Source: an archaeon (GTDB lineage Archaea > Iainarchaeota > Iainarchaeia > Iainarchaeales > 1-14-0-10-31-34). From it: a DNA stretch of 42,202 bases. The translations under genes were made by a program, and so were the position numbers. Numbering within the stretch: the first letter of the stretch is position 1; every line of letters starts with the position of its first letter. Under the pieces are notes generated by a model that saw nothing but the letters and a program-made list of their open reading frames with translations, searched no databases and was not told the origin of the DNA. This document shows, piece by piece, positions 8,548-17,610 of this stretch. Where the stretch lies: positions 1-42,202 of the forward strand of contig JBDRFE010000003.1 in assembly GCA_043819075.1 (NCBI GenBank). The letters are read 5' to 3'.

Positions 8548-9018
8548 TCAGTTTAGTTTTGAATCAAATTTTCCTTCGTTGAGTTCTTTGATTGCGTCTT
8601 TTGCTTTCATGCCTTCAACTGTTATTCCAAGTGAATTGCATGAACCCATTACTTCTGATACCTGTGATTTAAGCTTATAAGAACGCAGTGAAGAAGCCTT
8701 CATTTTAGCTACTTTAATTATTTGTTCAATTGAAAGGTTTCCTACAACAGTTTCTTTTGGATTAGAGGTTCCTTTTGCTGCTCCTGCTTCTTTTAAAATC
8801 AAAGAGCTGATTGGCGGGCTGCCGACTGTTACTGTAAAGTTCTTTTTTGAATCAATGTTTATTTTTACAGGCACTTTCATTCCAGCGTATTCTTTTGTTT
8901 TATTGTTTATTTCCTGTACTATTGCAGGAATATTCACTCCTAAAGGGCCTAAAGCAGGGCCTAACGGAGCTGACGGAGAAGCTTTTCCTCCTTCAACTAT
9001 AACTGAAACTTCTGGCAT
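8548..9018 (-). CDS. rpl11: 50S ribosomal protein L11 (uL11)
   Basis: VEGGKASPSAPLGPALGPLGVN, GMKVPVKI, GSCNSLGITV. Confidence 0.97.
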   Translation of the reverse strand: MPEVSVIVEGGKASPSAPLGPALGPLGVNIPAIVQEINNKTKEYAGMKVPVKINIDSKKNFTVTVGSPPISSLILKEAGAAKGTSNPKETVVGNLSIEQIIKVAKMKASSLRSYKLKSQVSEVMGSCNSLGITVEGMKAKDAIKELNEGKFDSKLN

Positions 9019-9032
9019 GCAATTCCACCTTT

Positions 9033-9473
9033 TTATTCTTTTATTATCCTGATGTGTTCTGCTTTAATTGTAACAGGAATTTTTACTGCTGCTTCAAGCA
9101 GTTCAACTGTGACTTCTTCTTTTGTGGGATTAACTCTTGTTACCTTGGCTTTTTCGCCTTTAAATGGCCCGGCAATTAATTCAACTTTTTGCCCTTCTTT
9201 AATGGATTTCATTAAAGGCTTTGCTTCAAGCAGATTAGATAATTCATCTATTTTTACTTCTCCGCCGACAATTCCTTTTCCTTTAATGTGCGGAGTGTTT
9301 GCAATTGACCTTCTGACAGTTAATTCATTGTCTGCTTCAATTAAAACATATCCTTTTAAGCCTGGAATAACTGAAAGAGAATAAATTTCCAGCTCTCCTG
9401 TGTTCAGCTTGTTTGACAAAATATCTACAACCAATGATTCCTGGCCAACTGTTGTCCTTAAAGTAAAAATCAT
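9033..9473 (-). CDS. spt5: Transcription elongation factor Spt5 (NusG family)
   Basis: LRTTVGQE, LKGYVLIEA, KOW motif VELIAGPFKGEKAKV; ATG 9473 behind GGTGA. Confidence 0.96.
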   Translation of the reverse strand: MIFTLRTTVGQESLVVDILSNKLNTGELEIYSLSVIPGLKGYVLIEADNELTVRRSIANTPHIKGKGIVGGEVKIDELSNLLEAKPLMKSIKEGQKVELIAGPFKGEKAKVTRVNPTKEEVTVELLEAAVKIPVTIKAEHIRIIKE

Positions 9474-9574
9474 TTGTTCACCTACTATACTCAACATTAA
9501 GCTTCAAAAAATGCTTTAAAAAAAAGCGTTAAATCATACAATATTGCATGAGAAAAACTTTATTAAATAAACTG

Positions 9575-9745
9575 TTAACCCAAAAATCCAACGAACTGAA
9601 ATATCAACATCATAACAAAAGCTATTACTCCGATGATAATTATTCCTATTCCTGTTACCTGAGACATTACTTTGTATTCCTGCATGTCAGGCTTTTTTGA
9701 TACAGTAAAAATTCTTTTGCTTGAGTTAATAAAATTGTCAAACAT
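9575..9745 (-). CDS. secE: Protein translocase subunit SecE / Sec61-gamma (56 aa, absent from the ORF track)
   Basis: Manual translation MFDNFINSSKRIFTVSKKPDMQEYKVMSQVTGIGIIIIGVIAFVMMLIFQFVGFLG shows the KP...E and GxG...G motifs; canonical ftsZ-secE-spt5 order. Confidence 0.93.
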   Translation of the reverse strand: MFDNFINSSKRIFTVSKKPDMQEYKVMSQVTGIGIIIIGVIAFVMMLIFQFVGFLG

Positions 9746-9787
9746 TTTTTGTTCCTCAATAAAAATAAAAAAGAAAAGGAATTAAAA

Positions 9788-10918
9788 TTAATCGGTGAAT
9801 TCAATTCCTAAATCTATTACCCCATTTTCATTGATTAAGCCTTTTACGTCGCCTAAATAAGGAAATTTTCCTCCGGCAATAACAACCATTGCCTGAATCT
9901 GGTTTCTTGGAAGTTCTTCGTCTATCATTGCACCCCAGATTAAGTGAGCGTTAGCAGAAATTTTTCCTGCAACTGCTTCAACAATCATTTCTGCTTCCCT
10001 TAAAGTCATGTCTGTTCCGCCGACAACATTCACTAAAGCCCTGTTGGCTTCACTGATATCAACATCCAATAAAGGAGAAGTTAAAGCGTTTTCAACTGAC
10101 TCTAATGCCCTTGAATCAGTTGCTTTTTCCTGCTGGCTTTCACCTAATCCAATCATTGCTGCTCCGCCTCTGTCAAGAATTGTCCTTAAGTCGGCAAAGT
10201 CTAAGTTAATTAATCCTGGTTTTGTAACCATTTCAGTTATTCCTTTCACTGCATTAGTTAAAACTTCGTCTGCTACCTTGAATGCAGCTGAAATCGGCAA
10301 ATCCGGAGCGATTTCCAAAATTTTGTCGTTTGGAATAACAATTATTGTGTCAGCAGCTTTTTTGAGTTTAGTTAATCCTTCTATTGCATTTTCCATTCTT
10401 TTTTTTCCTTCTACAGTGAAAGGCAGGGTTACAACTGCAATGGTTAAAGCTTTTGTTTCTTTTGCGATTTCAGCTATAATTGGAGAAGCTCCTGTTCCAG
10501 TTCCTCCGCCTAAACCGCAGGTAATGAACACTAAATCTGATTCATGCAATAAATCCTGCAGGGATTCAAGGGATTCCTGTGCTGCTGCTTCTCCAACTGA
10601 TGGATTGCTTCCGGAACCTAAACCTCGGGTAAGTTTTCTTCCTATAAGGATTTTTTTGTCTGCAGTCACAGATAATAAGTCTTGTGCATCGGTGTTGACT
10701 ACATAAGTTTCTGCTCCGTGAATGCCTATTTCGTTCATTCTGTCAACTGTGTTGCATCCTCCGCCTCCGACTCCAATTACGCGGATTTTTGCCTTGCTTG
10801 CCTCTAACAGTTTAATTAATTCTTCATCGTTTTCGCTTTTAACAAGCTTTTTTCCTTTTGGCCCAAGTTTTTCTGAATTCATATAATTTCTGACTGCTTT
10901 GTCAACAACGGTTTTCAA
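9788..10918 (-). CDS. ftsZ: Cell division protein FtsZ (FtsZ1 by gene context)
   Basis: GVGGGGCN, NTDAQDL, GGGTGTG tubulin signature, NLDFAD; TTG start behind a G run. Confidence 0.98.
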   Translation of the reverse strand: MKTVVDKAVRNYMNSEKLGPKGKKLVKSENDEELIKLLEASKAKIRVIGVGGGGCNTVDRMNEIGIHGAETYVVNTDAQDLLSVTADKKILIGRKLTRGLGSGSNPSVGEAAAQESLESLQDLLHESDLVFITCGLGGGTGTGASPIIAEIAKETKALTIAVVTLPFTVEGKKRMENAIEGLTKLKKAADTIIVIPNDKILEIAPDLPISAAFKVADEVLTNAVKGITEMVTKPGLINLDFADLRTILDRGGAAMIGLGESQQEKATDSRALESVENALTSPLLDVDISEANRALVNVVGGTDMTLREAEMIVEAVAGKISANAHLIWGAMIDEELPRNQIQAMVVIAGGKFPYLGDVKGLINENGVIDLGIEFTD

Positions 10919-11081
10919 TTAAATCCCCCCGGAAACAACAAATATAATCATTTAGTGCATAAAAACAATTAAAAATACATTTTCCTTTAGCCCCTGAAAA
11001 GAGACAAAAGAATAGTTTAACTTAAACAGGCGAAAAAAACTGCTTAATTTAAAAAAAGATTCATGCATAGATTTTTTTTTA

Positions 11082-12032
11082 ATGGACTCAAAAAAATCAT
11101 TAAAAAAAACTGATTTTTCGCTGACTGACGTCATTTCAATTTATGATTTCACAAAAAAAGACATTATGTTTGTCTTGGACAGGGCAAAACAAATTGAAGC
11201 AATGACAGCAGGAAAAAAAAGAAAACTATTAGAAAACAAAATTGTTGCATCAATGTTTTTTGAACCAAGCACTCGCACTAGGTTAAGCTTTGAAACAGCC
11301 GCACAGGCTGTGGGGGCAAAAATAATCGGCTTTGCTGACGCAGGAATCACTTCAGCAAAAAAAGGCGAAAGCTTTTCTGATACAATCAAAACAATAAGCA
11401 ATTACGCTGACATTCTTGTAATGAGGCATCCGTTAAGCGGAACAGCAAGGCTTGCATCAGAAATAAGCAACAAGCCTGTATTAAACGGTGGCGACGGCCC
11501 AAACCAGCATCCAACCCAGACACTGCTTGACTTATATACAATAAAAAAGTTTGTTGGAAAATTAGATGGATTAAAAATTGGTTTTGCAGGAGACCTGAAA
11601 TATGGAAGAACAGTTCACTCTCTTGCAACAGCTTTAACTCATTTTAATGCAAAACAATATTATATTTCTCCTGAAAGCCTGAAAATGCCAAAACATATTG
11701 CAGAAGAAGTAAAAGAAAAATGTGAAGTAAAAGAAACAACTGATTTAGAAAAATTCATTCCAGAAGTAGACGTATTATATATGACCAGAATACAAAAAGA
11801 AAGGTTTCCTGATGAAATTGAATTCAATAAAGTCAAAGACGCTTATGTTTTAAACAAAGCAATGCTTGAAAACGCAAAAAAAGAGATGAAAGTAATGCAT
11901 CCTTTGCCTAGAGTGAACGAAATTTCAACTGATGTTGACGACACACCGCATGCGATTTACTTCCAGCAGACTGCCTCAGGAATTCCGGTTAGAGAAGCGC
12001 TCTTAGATATTCTATCCAAGGTGAAAAAATGA
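11082..12032 (+). CDS. pyrB: Aspartate carbamoyltransferase catalytic subunit
   Basis: FFEPSTRTRLSFE, HPTQTLLD, GDLKYGRTVHS, YMTRIQKER, MHPLPR. Confidence 0.98.
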   Translation: MDSKKSLKKTDFSLTDVISIYDFTKKDIMFVLDRAKQIEAMTAGKKRKLLENKIVASMFFEPSTRTRLSFETAAQAVGAKIIGFADAGITSAKKGESFSDTIKTISNYADILVMRHPLSGTARLASEISNKPVLNGGDGPNQHPTQTLLDLYTIKKFVGKLDGLKIGFAGDLKYGRTVHSLATALTHFNAKQYYISPESLKMPKHIAEEVKEKCEVKETTDLEKFIPEVDVLYMTRIQKERFPDEIEFNKVKDAYVLNKAMLENAKKEMKVMHPLPRVNEISTDVDDTPHAIYFQQTASGIPVREALLDILSKVKK

Positions 12033-12508
12033 ATAAAGAAGAAATGATTAAAAAACTGAAAGTAAGGGTCACTCCAATCGGAAACGGAACAGCAATAGAC
12101 CACATTAAGCCAGGCATTGGATTAAGAATCGTTGAATTGCTTGGAATGAATTCAGGCAATGCTGCTTCAATTGCATTAAACACTGAAAGCAGTAAAATGA
12201 AAGAAAAAAGAAAAGACTTAATTTTAATGGAAAACCGGTTTCTGACACAAGAAGAACTCAATAAAATCAAGCTGATAGCAGAAGGCGCAACAGTTAATAC
12301 AATAAAAAACTTTAAAATAGAAAAAAAAGAAAAACTTGATTTGCCTGACAAAGCAGAAGGCATCTTAAAATGCATTAACCCTGTGTGCATTTCAAACCAC
12401 GAACACATTAAAACAAAGTTTTTAATCAAAAAAAATCCAGTGAAAGCAAAATGCTTTTACTGTGAGACATCAATGGATGAAAAAGAAATAAAAAAGCATA
12501 TAATTTAA
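12029..12508 (+). CDS. pyrI: Aspartate carbamoyltransferase regulatory subunit
   Basis: NGTAIDHI; Zn ligands CINPVC...CFYC; ATGA overlap with pyrB. Confidence 0.96.
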   Translation: MNKEEMIKKLKVRVTPIGNGTAIDHIKPGIGLRIVELLGMNSGNAASIALNTESSKMKEKRKDLILMENRFLTQEELNKIKLIAEGATVNTIKNFKIEKKEKLDLPDKAEGILKCINPVCISNHEHIKTKFLIKKNPVKAKCFYCETSMDEKEIKKHII

Positions 12509-12518
12509 ACTGAAGATT

Positions 12519-13844
12519 ATGTCTTTGCTTATAAAAAACGCAAAAATTTATTCAGAAAACAAGTTCTTTGATTCAAATGTTTTCTGCGAAAACGGGAAAA
12601 TAACTGAAATCAGTTCAAGAGAGATTAAAGCAGTCAAAACAATTGACGCAAAAGGAAAATTATTGCTTCCCGGAGGAATTGACTGCCATGTTCATTTTCG
12701 AGAGCCAGGCATGGAATCCAAGGGAAACTGGAAAACAGAGAGTTCAGCCGGAATTGCAGGAGGCATTACAACAGTAATTGAAATGCCTAATACAATTCCA
12801 TCAACTTCAAACATTGAAGCATTAGAGCAGAAAAGAATTATTGCAGGAAAAAATTCTTTAATTAATTTTGGCTTTCATTTTGGTGCGGAAAAAAACAACC
12901 TGCATGAAATAAGCAATGCAAGAAACATTGCTTCAATAAAAGTTTTCATGGGCTCTTCAACAGGAAATTTATTAATAGAAGAAGAAAAAACATTAGAAGA
13001 AATTTTCAGAATAGCAAAAGAAAAAAACCTGTTAGTTGTACTGCATGCAGAAGACGAAAAAACAATTAAAGAAAACCTTGAAAAAGCAAGAAAAGAGAAC
13101 TGGAATGACATTAAATTTCATAATAAAATCAGAAGCGTGGAAGCAGAAGTTATTGCAATAAAAAAAGCAGTTGAATTGCAGAAAAAAATCCACAACAGAA
13201 TCCATTTCCTGCATGTTTCAACAAAAAAAGGATTGGAAGAAATAATTAAAGCCAAAAAGAGAACCCAAAAAGTGTCTTGCGAGGTTTGCCCTCATCATCT
13301 TTTCCTTAATGAAACTCATCTAAAAAAACTGGGCAATTTTGGAAAAATGAATCCTCCTCTGAGGACAAAAAAAGACAACGATTTTTTGATGAATGCTTTG
13401 AGGAAAGGGTTAATTGATTTTGTTGCAACAGACCATGCCCCTCATTTAAAAGAAGAAAAAGAAAAAAGTTTTTTTGATGCCCCATCCGGCGTAACCGGAG
13501 TAGAAACAGTTTTTCCTTTGCTTTTGAATGCTGCTGCAGAAAAAAAGCTGAAGCTTGAAAAAGTTGTTCAGGTTTTGTGCGAGAATCCGGCAAAAATTTA
13601 TGGAATAAAAAATAAGGGGCAAATAAAAAAAGGCTTTGACGCTGATTTTGTTTTAGTTGATTTAAAGAAAAGTTTTACTGTAAAAAACGAGAAACTGCAT
13701 TCAAAGTGCAGTTGGAGCCCGTTTAATGGAATAAAATTAAAAGGAAGAATAGAGCAAACTATTATTGCAGGAGAAATTGTTTTTGACAACGGAAAAATCA
13801 ATGAAGAATTCAGGGGAAAAGAAATTGAATTTACAGGGCGGTAA
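12519..13844 (+). CDS. pyrC: Dihydroorotase (long, multifunctional-complex type)
   Basis: DCHVHFREPG, EMPNT, KMNPPLR, ATDHAPH, SKCSWSPF. Confidence 0.95.
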   Translation: MSLLIKNAKIYSENKFFDSNVFCENGKITEISSREIKAVKTIDAKGKLLLPGGIDCHVHFREPGMESKGNWKTESSAGIAGGITTVIEMPNTIPSTSNIEALEQKRIIAGKNSLINFGFHFGAEKNNLHEISNARNIASIKVFMGSSTGNLLIEEEKTLEEIFRIAKEKNLLVVLHAEDEKTIKENLEKARKENWNDIKFHNKIRSVEAEVIAIKKAVELQKKIHNRIHFLHVSTKKGLEEIIKAKKRTQKVSCEVCPHHLFLNETHLKKLGNFGKMNPPLRTKKDNDFLMNALRKGLIDFVATDHAPHLKEEKEKSFFDAPSGVTGVETVFPLLLNAAAEKKLKLEKVVQVLCENPAKIYGIKNKGQIKKGFDADFVLVDLKKSFTVKNEKLHSKCSWSPFNGIKLKGRIEQTIIAGEIVFDNGKINEEFRGKEIEFTGR

Positions 13845-13845
13845 A

Positions 13846-14514
13846 ATGCAGGAATACAAAAAAGAGTTCATAGAGTTTTTAGTGGAAAACAATGCACTAA
13901 AATTCGGCGACTTCACATTAAAAAGCGGAAGGCAAAGCCCTTACTTTATTAACACCGGAATGTTCAAAGACGGAAAAGGAATAACCAAACTAGCATCATA
14001 TTACGCTAAAGCAATAAAAGAAAATTTCAGGGAGTTTGACGTATTGTTTGGCCCGGCATACAAAGGCATTCCATTATGCGTTGCCACGGCAATGGAATTA
14101 AACAAACTCGGATTAAACAAAGGATATTCTTTTAACAGAAAAGAAGCAAAAGACCACGGAGAAAAAGGAAACATAATCGGAACAGAACTGAAACCAGAAA
14201 CAAAAGTGCTGATAATAGATGATGTTATTACAGCAGGAACCGCAGTAAAAGAAACACTTGAAATACTCAAAGAAAACGGTAACCCAAAAATTGCAGGAAT
14301 AATTATTTCAGTTAACCGAAAAGAAAAAGGCTCTGGAGAAAAAAGTGCAATACAGGAATTAGAAGACAGCTTAAAAATAAAAATCACTTCAATAATTGAT
14401 TTTGACGAAATAACAGAGCATCTGCATAACAAAAAAATAAACGGAAAAATTATCCTCAACGATGAAATGTTTGGGAAAATGATGGAATACAAAAAACTTT
14501 ACGGTGTTCAGTAA
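13846..14514 (+). CDS. pyrE: Orotate phosphoribosyltransferase
   Basis: FTLKSGRQSPYF, FGPAYKGIP, NRKEAKDHGE, PRPP motif IIDDVITAGTA. Start moved to ATG 13846. Confidence 0.97.
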   Translation: MQEYKKEFIEFLVENNALKFGDFTLKSGRQSPYFINTGMFKDGKGITKLASYYAKAIKENFREFDVLFGPAYKGIPLCVATAMELNKLGLNKGYSFNRKEAKDHGEKGNIIGTELKPETKVLIIDDVITAGTAVKETLEILKENGNPKIAGIIISVNRKEKGSGEKSAIQELEDSLKIKITSIIDFDEITEHLHNKKINGKIILNDEMFGKMMEYKKLYGVQ

Positions 14515-15224
14515 TGGAAAAAAAAATATTTTTAGCCTTGGATAACATGGAAAAAAAAGAAATCCTTGAATTAGTGAAAGAATTAAAAGAAGAAGTAATG
14601 TTTAAAGTGAATGACTCTTTTGTAAAATACCCTGAACTAATAGAAGAAATCCAGGCTTTAGGTGGAAAAGTTTTTTTGGACTTAAAATTCCATGACATCC
14701 CGAACACAGTGGCAAATTACGCTAAAGCAGCAGCAGAAAAAAAGGTTTTCATGTTTAATGTCCATTGTTTAGGCGGAATAAAAATGATGAAAAAAGCCAG
14801 AGAAGCTGTAGACACATACTGCAGTGAAAACAAAATTCAAAAGCCTTTGATTGTCGGAGTAACAATTCTCACAAGCATGGATGAAAAAACATTAAAAGAA
14901 GAAATACAAATTAATTCAGGCTTGGAAGAAATGGTTAAACAGCTTGCATTGAATGCAAAAAAAGCAGGATTAGACGGGGTAGTCTGTTCTCCAAAAGAAA
15001 TCAGTTTAATAAAAAAAGCCTGTGGAAAAAACTTTTTAACCATCACTCCAGGAGTAAGGCCTGACTGGGCTTCAGCTGACGATCAGAAAAGAGTTTTAAC
15101 GCCAAAAGAAGCAGTTAAAGCTGGAGCAGATTTTCTTGTAATCGGAAGGCCAATAATTAAAGCAGAAAAATATGGTTTAACCAGAAAAGAAGCAGTAAAA
15201 AAAATAATGGAAGAAATAAAATAA
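14514..15224 (+). CDS. pyrF: Orotidine-5'-phosphate decarboxylase
   Basis: LALD, DLKFHDIPNTV, GVTILTS, DGVVCS, TPGVRP, DDQKRV, VIGRPI; TAATG overlap with pyrE. Confidence 0.97.
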   Translation: MEKKIFLALDNMEKKEILELVKELKEEVMFKVNDSFVKYPELIEEIQALGGKVFLDLKFHDIPNTVANYAKAAAEKKVFMFNVHCLGGIKMMKKAREAVDTYCSENKIQKPLIVGVTILTSMDEKTLKEEIQINSGLEEMVKQLALNAKKAGLDGVVCSPKEISLIKKACGKNFLTITPGVRPDWASADDQKRVLTPKEAVKAGADFLVIGRPIIKAEKYGLTRKEAVKKIMEEIK

Positions 15225-15274
15225 AGCAAAAGCAATCCTTTTTAAACAATTAATTCCTTTTTTTGTGTGATTAA

Positions 15275-16792
15275 ATGAAATATTCAAAGAAAATGAAAAC
15301 CAAATTCATTGACATTGAAGCAGGAAAAATGATTTCAATTATTCACGAAAAAGACGCAAAAGAATTAGGTGTTTTTCCGCTGGACAGGGTTGAATTATTT
15401 AACCCGAAAACAAGAAAAAAAATAATTACTGTGGTTGATACAACTGATTCAATGGTAAAAGAAAAAGAAATTGGCTTATTCAATGATGTAAGGAAAAGAA
15501 TTGGGCTGAAAAAAAAAGCAATAATAATTGTTTCCCCTGTTTCAGCGCCAGAAAGCGTTGACTTCATTAAAAAGAAAATGGACGGGCATTCATTGAATGA
15601 AAAAGAAATAAAAGAAATAGTTGAAGACATTACAAGCAATTATTTGTCGCAGATAGAAGCAAGCGCTTTTGTTTCAGCTGTTTACATGAAAGGATTAAAT
15701 TTATTTGAAACAATTGCAATGACTAAAGCCTTGGTTGAAGGCGGAAAAAAATTAAGGCTTTCAAAAAAATTTGTTGTAGACAAGCATTCAATCGGCGGGG
15801 TAAACGGAAGGGCAACAATGGTTGTTGTCCCGATTATTGCGGCAAACGGGTTATTTATTCCAAAAACTTCTTCTAGAAGCATTACTTCTGCTGCAGGAAC
15901 AGCTGATTCAATGGAAGTTTTAGCCAAAGTTAACCTGCCAATGAAAAAAATAAAATCTATCACAGAAAAAATAGGCGGGGTAATTGCATGGGGCGGAGGC
16001 CTTGATTTGGCGCCAGGAGACGATAAAATAATTGCAATTGAACACCCATTAAACCTGGATCCTCCAGGGCAGGTAATTGCTTCTGTAATGGCAAAAAAAG
16101 TCAGTGTTGGGGCAAAATATCTGGTAATAGACATTCCTGTGGGACAGCACACTAAAGTGAAAACAAAAGAAAGCGCAGAAAACATGGCAAAAAAGTTTTT
16201 GGAAGTATCAAAAAAAATGGGAATAAAAACTGAAGTGCTTTTGACTGACGGAACAAAACCAAACGGTCCTGCATTCGGAGCAGCATTAGAGGCAAAACAT
16301 GCAATGGAAATACTTGAAGGAAAAATCTTTGATAATTTAGCGCAAAAATCCTGCCAGTTAGCCGGAGCATTATTTGAGTTAACAGGCAAAACAAGAAAAG
16401 GAAAAGGATACAAAAAAGCGGTTGAAATACTCAAGAGCGGAAAAGCATTAAAGAAAATGAAGGAAATAATCAAGGCACAGGAAGGAAAAACTTTTTCCTC
16501 TGAAAAAATCAAGTTAAGCTCAAAAAAAATTGAAATCAGGTCAGACAAAAACGGGAAAATAGACAGAATTGATTTAAGTGCATTAAAAGAGATTGCAAGA
16601 AAAGCCGGGGCGCCGGCAGACCAGAAAGCCGGATTGCTTTTAAAAGTAGAAGAAGATGATTTGATTAAAAAAGGCCAGATAGTGTTTGAAATTCACGGGG
16701 AAAACACAAGAAAACTTGAAGTGGCAAGAGAAGCAGCCTTAAAAGACAATCCGATTAAATTAGGCGAAATAGTAATAGAAAAAATGCGGTGA
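15275..16792 (+). CDS. deoA: AMP/nucleoside-monophosphate phosphorylase (archaeal thymidine phosphorylase family)
   Basis: About 500 aa with N-terminal extension; DKHSIGGV, IPKTSSRSITSAAGTAD, AWGG, SVMAKK, AGAPADQKAG. Confidence 0.92.
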   Translation: MKYSKKMKTKFIDIEAGKMISIIHEKDAKELGVFPLDRVELFNPKTRKKIITVVDTTDSMVKEKEIGLFNDVRKRIGLKKKAIIIVSPVSAPESVDFIKKKMDGHSLNEKEIKEIVEDITSNYLSQIEASAFVSAVYMKGLNLFETIAMTKALVEGGKKLRLSKKFVVDKHSIGGVNGRATMVVVPIIAANGLFIPKTSSRSITSAAGTADSMEVLAKVNLPMKKIKSITEKIGGVIAWGGGLDLAPGDDKIIAIEHPLNLDPPGQVIASVMAKKVSVGAKYLVIDIPVGQHTKVKTKESAENMAKKFLEVSKKMGIKTEVLLTDGTKPNGPAFGAALEAKHAMEILEGKIFDNLAQKSCQLAGALFELTGKTRKGKGYKKAVEILKSGKALKKMKEIIKAQEGKTFSSEKIKLSSKKIEIRSDKNGKIDRIDLSALKEIARKAGAPADQKAGLLLKVEEDDLIKKGQIVFEIHGENTRKLEVAREAALKDNPIKLGEIVIEKMR

Positions 16793-17605
16793 CTATTTTG
16801 TCAGCAGGACAAACAATTCAATAAAATCCTGTGATTCCATTAAATAAACTTTTTCATTGAATTCAATTTCTTTTAATCTTTCCTCCATCTTGTTTTTTGT
16901 TTTCTGGTCTAAGTTCATTAAAGGAATTGCCTTGGTTAAAGCAGAAACAAAAACCCTGTTTTTGAACCTAAACAAAGCCTTCAAAAACTCTGAAAAATCT
17001 TTTTTGTTTTTAATTCCTGCAAGCTTTTTCCCAGAAAACTTGATAAGAAAAAAATCATTTGAAACCGGGGGGAAAAAAGAATCAGGCTTAACCTGAATCA
17101 CTTCTTTTACTTCAAAAAAGCAGTCAGCTAAAACAGACAAAAAACCGTATTCCGAGAAACCAGGCAATGCAAGGATTTTCTCGGCAAAATCTTTCTGCAA
17201 AAGCAAAACCATTAAATCAAAGTCAGTTAAAAGCAGTTTTAAAAAAATTTCACCTGAACTCCCTGAAGGCAGAAAAGAAACGCATTTATTTGCATCAATT
17301 TTTTTGGAAAAAGAAGCAAAAGAAAAAGGCATTAAATTTATTTTTGGAAGCTCTTTTTCCAGCATCAAAACTAATTCTTTTCTTTCCTCAAAAGCAGTCA
17401 AAAAAGCTGTTGTTTCAGAAAGCTTTCTTGCAATAAAAAATTCTCCTGCATTAACCTCTAAAACTTTATCGGATTTATTTAATTCACTTAAAACAAGAAC
17501 TTCGCTTAAAACCTGTTTTTTTACAACAAAATGCATTCCAGAGCCTTTTTTCGGGTAAAACCTGTGCTTTGAAAAAAGGTTGTTTAATTCAACAAAAAAA
17601 TCCAT
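16793..17605 (-). CDS. ksgA: KsgA/Dim1-family 16S rRNA dimethyltransferase homolog with degenerate active-site motifs
   Basis: PKKGSGMHF, VLLLQKDFAEKILALPGFSEYGFLSV, SFFPP and LFRFKNR follow the KsgA fold; canonical rpl21e-rpo4-DUF655-ksgA order. Confidence 0.85.
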   Translation of the reverse strand: MDFFVELNNLFSKHRFYPKKGSGMHFVVKKQVLSEVLVLSELNKSDKVLEVNAGEFFIARKLSETTAFLTAFEERKELVLMLEKELPKINLMPFSFASFSKKIDANKCVSFLPSGSSGEIFLKLLLTDFDLMVLLLQKDFAEKILALPGFSEYGFLSVLADCFFEVKEVIQVKPDSFFPPVSNDFFLIKFSGKKLAGIKNKKDFSEFLKALFRFKNRVFVSALTKAIPLMNLDQKTKNKMEERLKEIEFNEKVYLMESQDFIELFVLLTK

Positions 17606-17610
17606 TTACA

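Noticed and set aside
10008..10706. 232-aa plus-strand ORF
   Set aside because: Antisense shadow of ftsZ.
13765..13845. 27-aa N-terminal extension of PyrE in the ORF track
   Set aside because: Overlaps pyrC; ATG 13846 follows the pyrC stop and matches the family start.
15682..16548. 288-aa minus-strand ORF
   Set aside because: Antisense shadow of the AMP phosphorylase gene.
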